NCBI GenBank assembly: GCA_964016885.1
Contig: OZ024743.1
Location: 217,186,001 to 217,250,000 of the forward strand
Direction of reading: 5' to 3'
Source of the DNA: Eledone cirrhosa
Lineage: Eukaryota
DNA: 64,000 bases
The notes beneath the pieces were generated by a model. That model saw only the letters and a list, made by a program, of their open reading frames with translations, ran no database searches and was not told the origin of the DNA. The translations under genes and the position numbers were made by a program. Numbering within the stretch: the stretch's first letter is position 1; each line of letters begins with the position of its first letter. Positions 59,637 to 64,000 of the stretch are shown piece after piece.

Positions 59637-61220
59637 CCTTGAATCTCAGTCATTGATGTTGGTTAACTGGAAAGTCCGTTGGATTGAATATCAAGCCACT
59701 ACCTGCAGCCTCAGATATTCAGGACGTATCGGAGGGTTCTTGCTGTTCCAAGCAAGCATGCCTTTTGAAGCGTTCCAAAAAGCGTGAAGGGGCCGATTTT
59801 CTTTAACCATCCCTGGAAACTGTTTGAGATAGTCCCCAGTGCGCCTATGACAATCGGGATCACTTTGACTTCATGGCAGTTCCAAATCCTTTTCACCTCC
59901 CACTTTAGGTACTGGTAAAGGTTAATTTTCTCCCTCTCCTTCTCTTGCACTCTCGTGTCGAACGGGCAGGCCACATCCACAATCAGGCACGATCTTTTTT
60001 CTTTGTCCACAACCACCAGGTCAGGTCTATTGTGTTCCAGTTTTTTGTCCGTCTGTATCCTAAAATCCCACAGCACCTTCACCTGATTGTTCTCCATCAC
60101 AGCCTCTGGCCTATGCTCATACCATTTCTCAGAATGTGGTAAATTGTTTACTTTGCACAGGTGCCAGTGGATCACCCTGCCCATCACATCGTGTCTCCAG
60201 CCCTTATAGTGGGTCTGGGCTAGGTGTTTACACTCGGACACAATGTGAGCCACAGTCTCCTCTCTCTCTCCACAGATCCTGCACAGTGGGCTAGCCTCCT
60301 CCTTGTAGATATGGTGCTTCAACCACTTCGTTTTGAGGGCCTGCTCCTGCGCAGCCATTAGCATTCCTTCTGTAGCCTTTTTGAGGTCTCCTCTTCTCAA
60401 CCAGTTCCATGTCTGTGGATCTCTAAATTCAGTTTTCTCAAAGAAGGCACTATGAAGGGATTTTCCCTTAAGGCTGCTCTTCCTCCTTGATGTTATTTCC
60501 TCCTTGGACATCCCCTGGCCTACTGTCCCCTCCTTCAGTACAGTTCTGAGCATTGGCTCCTTACTATGGGTCACGTATTTGTATAGGTTGTTTTTCTCCA
60601 TCTGAACACAGTCCTCTATGCTGATAAGACCTCTTCCACCCTCAGATCGCCTTAGGTAGAGTCTATCGACATCACTCCTCTTGTGGAACATGTTGTAGAT
60701 AGTCAATAGCTTCCTAGTCTTCCTATCCATTTCTTTTTGTTCAGCAACATTCCATCTCAGAATTCCCGCACTGTACCTAATAATAGACACAGCTCGGGAA
60801 TTTACTGCGCTTATGGCATTTCTGCTGTTCAGATGTGATTTCAATACGCTCCTTACTCTCCGAATGTATTCAGTTCTTAACAATTCCTTCATTTGTTTGT
60901 TCTTTATGCCATCAGCCTCCAGAACGCCCAAATACTTGTATCCTTCCTCAGAGTCAATTTCCTTTATCATCTCACTTGTTGGTATCTGGATCCCGTTACT
61001 TCTGCTCAACCTACCCCTCTTCATCACAATGACTCCACATTTACCAATACCAAACTGCATACATATATCACTGCTGAAAATACGGACAGTGTCAACAAGC
61101 ACATCCAACTCCTTCTCACTTTTCCCGAAGAGCTTAAGATCGTCCATGAAGAGGAGGTGATTGATGGTAAGCTCTCCCCCTCCCAACTTGTATCCTGCTC
61201 TCACTTTTCGCAGCATAATG
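59637..61220 (-). mobile_element. 5'-truncated R4/Dong-like non-LTR retrotransposon (RT-CCHC-RLE) in (TAA)n
   Basis: Uninterrupted 501-aa ORF; short 3' UTR; (TAA)n-type repeats on both flanks. Confidence 0.88.
59711..61216 (-). CDS. RT C-terminal half, zinc knuckle and restriction-like endonuclease (truncated TE ORF)
   Basis: HLLFMDDLKL, YKYLG, GGRGL, CRIC..ETVAHIVSEC, RHD, RPDLVVVD..IVDVACP..EKINLY. Confidence 0.9.
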   Translation of the reverse strand: MLRKVRAGYKLGGGELTINHLLFMDDLKLFGKSEKELDVLVDTVRIFSSDICMQFGIGKCGVIVMKRGRLSRSNGIQIPTSEMIKEIDSEEGYKYLGVLEADGIKNKQMKELLRTEYIRRVRSVLKSHLNSRNAISAVNSRAVSIIRYSAGILRWNVAEQKEMDRKTRKLLTIYNMFHKRSDVDRLYLRRSEGGRGLISIEDCVQMEKNNLYKYVTHSKEPMLRTVLKEGTVGQGMSKEEITSRRKSSLKGKSLHSAFFEKTEFRDPQTWNWLRRGDLKKATEGMLMAAQEQALKTKWLKHHIYKEEASPLCRICGEREETVAHIVSECKHLAQTHYKGWRHDVMGRVIHWHLCKVNNLPHSEKWYEHRPEAVMENNQVKVLWDFRIQTDKKLEHNRPDLVVVDKEKRSCLIVDVACPFDTRVQEKEREKINLYQYLKWEVKRIWNCHEVKVIPIVIGALGTISNSFQGWLKKIGPFTLFGTLQKACLLGTARTLRYVLNI

Positions 61221-61327
<107 letters not shown>

Positions 61328-61328
61328 A

Positions 61329-62987
61329 ATAACTCTGTCATCCCATCAGGTGTAATGACTTGGGCTTTGGTGTTGGTGTAGAGCAGTATTATCAGGTCCA
61401 CTATCTTGTTGGGGATTCCATAAGCCTGTAAGATCTCCATCAGGCAGTAACGGTCCACAGAATCAAAGGCCTTCCTAAAGTCAATGAAAACCATGACCGC
61501 AGGAAGGCACTTTGCTCTAGCTCCCTCTAATATCCTCCTCAGCATCAGGATGTGACTGGTGGTTGATCTACCCTCTCTGAAGTCGTTATGTTTGTTCCTG
61601 AGCCTCTTCTCCATCTCAGGCTGGATCCTGTTAAGAATCATCCTGATGAGGGTCTTTGCCACAAGTGACGTCAGTGAGATCACCCTGTAGTTGTTGGTGT
61701 TAGAAAGAACTCCATTCTTTGGCACTGGGACGATGTTACTGATCCTCCACTGATTCGGGGCAACTCCCTTCTCCAGTGCCCCGTTACAGAACCCCAGGAT
61801 GATATCATCAAAATCACACCTCTTCATCACCTCTGATGCCACTCCATCTTCTCCATCAGCCTTGCCCTCCTTGACCTCTTCTTGGCTCTCTGAAGCTCCT
61901 CTCTGGTGAAGGGCTCTGTCTCAACATCCAGTTCCTCAAACAGCTGCCTGATCTCCCCAGTGCTCTGGGCTGTGGAGGGTGGCTCTCCTAGTACGGTCCT
62001 GAAATGGTCTAGCCATTTCCTCTTCCTATCCTCGGGCCCCGTTCCCTGGATCTGACTCGAACACCTCTTCCTCCCTGTGATCTCGTTGATGATCATCCAG
62101 CTCTCCTTACATCCAGATCTGTCAACCGCTCTCTCCACACTTCTGATCTTCTCTATCAGTGCCTCCTCTCTGACCTCAGTGTAAGCGGTACAGAGTTCTT
62201 CCCTCATCACCTCCACAGTCTCCATCCCCTCCTCCGTAGGATCAGCATAGAATTGGTCCTTGGCAGCCTTCAGGTGTTCTCTGGCTGCACACACTTTTGG
62301 GTTTGCAGAGCTGACGTGCTTCCCTTTGTTCTTTTTCCTCGGCATCAGGGTTTCACTTGCTTCCGCCACTGCATTGGTGAAGTGCCCGTACCTCCTTGTC
62401 ACACTCTCCTCAGTCCATCCAATCTCTCTCTCCTCTGACTCTCCACACAGAGCACTAAACCTGTTTCTCACTTCCACTGTGAACCTCTCCTGTAGCTTAT
62501 CATCTTCCTTGGAAGCTCTCCAGTCATAGATTGCTCTCCGGGGTCCGAGCCTTGCTCATTCTTAAGCTCACCCGGACCTCACTCATAACAAACCGGTGAT
62601 CACTACCCAGTGTACTGAAATAACTGTATGGTTCTGTGATCAGAACACTATTCCGCCACTTTTTCCTCACCAGAATGAAATCAATCTGGGACTTGGACAG
62701 GAGCACATCTGAGATGTAGGTCCACATCTTCCCCAGATTCTTCCTAAACCTTAGGTTGGTCGCCATCAAGTTCGCCTCCAGCAGGGTGTCTCTCAGTAGT
62801 CTTCCATTTCGGTTGGTGTTGTTATGGAAGTACCAGAAAGGATCTTCACTGCCCTCCTTACTCAGATGTGCATTGAAGTCCCCCAAAACAAGCAGGATAT
62901 TGTGTGCCTAAGTGGTGTTGACAGCTCTACACAGCTCCTCGTGGATCTCTTCCGCACTCACATCACTGTCCCCCTCGGTTGGACTAT
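61329..62987 (-). pseudogene. Inverted 5' segment: AP endonuclease C-half through RT N-half
   Basis: SPT..GDFNAH..SQIDFIL..SDH; IVPVPKNG..NYRVISL..FREGRST..FIDFRKAFDSV..TPDGMTEL; frameshifts and a stop. Confidence 0.9.
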
Positions 62988-63928
62988 GACAGAGTTCTTT
63001 GAGATACTGGCTGGAGTGCTCCAGGGAGATACATTTGCTCCCTACCCTTTTTAAAATCGTAGTGGACTATTGTATGCGCCTTGCACTGGAGAAACACCAG
63101 AACCCTGGCTTTACTGTAGCACCGGCTCAGAGCAGGAGAGTCAGGGCGAAAAAGGTATCGGATGCTGAATTTGCCGACGACATAGTTTTGGTGACAGATA
63201 CAGTGAAGGAGTCAGAGGATTTGATGTGGGAGGTTGAGACTGTGTCAATGAGTGTGGGGCTGAGAATGAATGAGACTAAAACAAAATATCTGGTAGAGAA
63301 TGTTGAGAAGCCAGAGGGGATCACTAATGTAGGCGGGAAGCCGCTAGAATTGGTTGAGGGCTTCCTGTATTTGGGAGCAAAGATTGGGAATACGGAAGAT
63401 GATGTGGTTGATAGGAAGAGCAAGGCCTGGGCGGCGTGCCACAGCTTGAGATCGGTGTGGAAGTCGGACCTTCGTAAAGATCTGAAGGTCCGCCTCTTCA
63501 TTGCTGTAGTGGAGTCTGTGCTGCTGTATGGGTCTGAGACTTGGACACTGACCAAGAAAAAAACTCAGATGGTGGATGGGTGCTACACGAGAATGTTGAG
63601 GATGGCTCTGAACATTAATCAGTATACACTGAGGATGAAGAACTCAGAGCTGTATGGGAGCATCCCAAAAGTCAGCTCAAAAGTGACACAGAGGAGACTG
63701 AGGTTAGCTGGACATGCTCACCGACATCCAGAGTTGACATTGCACTCAGTGCTCCTTTGGGAGCCCCTACATGGACACACTAGAAGAGGAAGACCAAGGT
63801 TAACGTATGTTGATGCCCTAAGGACAGACACTGGTCTGTTGGAGACGCAGGACATGGCAGCGATAATGAGGGACAGAGACCGCTGGAGAGAACTCGTCCA
63901 TGGATCTCGGGAATTTTACCCGCCTTAG
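62986..63928 (+). pseudogene. Forward 3' segment: RT C-half of the same LINE
   Basis: MTEFFEILAGVLQGDT, frameshift, FADDIVL..FLYLG..LLYGSETW..LRLAGH..RRGRP; stop at 63926-63928. Confidence 0.9.
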
Positions 63929-64000
63929 ATAGATATATGCAAGACGGGGAGCGTTTGAAGGAATTATATTAATAAATTTATAAAATAAAAATAACTCGAT

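Larger units (their letters stand above)
61329..63932. mobile_element. RTE-group LINE (APE + RT) with a 5' inversion and a 10-bp TSD
   Basis: ATATATGCAA at 61319-61328 and 63933-63942; inverted 5' segment joined to a forward 3' segment at about 62986; tail TAGATAGATA. Confidence 0.88.

Overview
AT-rich, microsatellite-saturated eukaryotic DNA. The SINE family and repeat landscape suggest a cephalopod, probably Octopus (inference). Most ORFs in the track are translations of simple repeats. Supportable content: (i) one candidate host exon (13762-14127) encoding a 101-aa Cys-rich, single-TM orphan protein; (ii) a 5'-truncated L1/Tx1 LINE; (iii) a complete-ended 1.97-kb internally deleted Helitron, plus an older Helitron helicase relic; (iv) a young 5'-truncated R4/Dong-like RLE retrotransposon sitting in (TAA)n; (v) an RTE-group LINE whose 5' part is inverted, with a TSD and a short duplication, matching twin-priming geometry; (vi) about ten tRNA-derived SINE copies; (vii) several small, unrelated foldback or tandem elements inserted in (TA)n, some carrying hammerhead-ribozyme cores (Penelope-like/retrozyme-like). 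All calls were read by eye; no searches were run.
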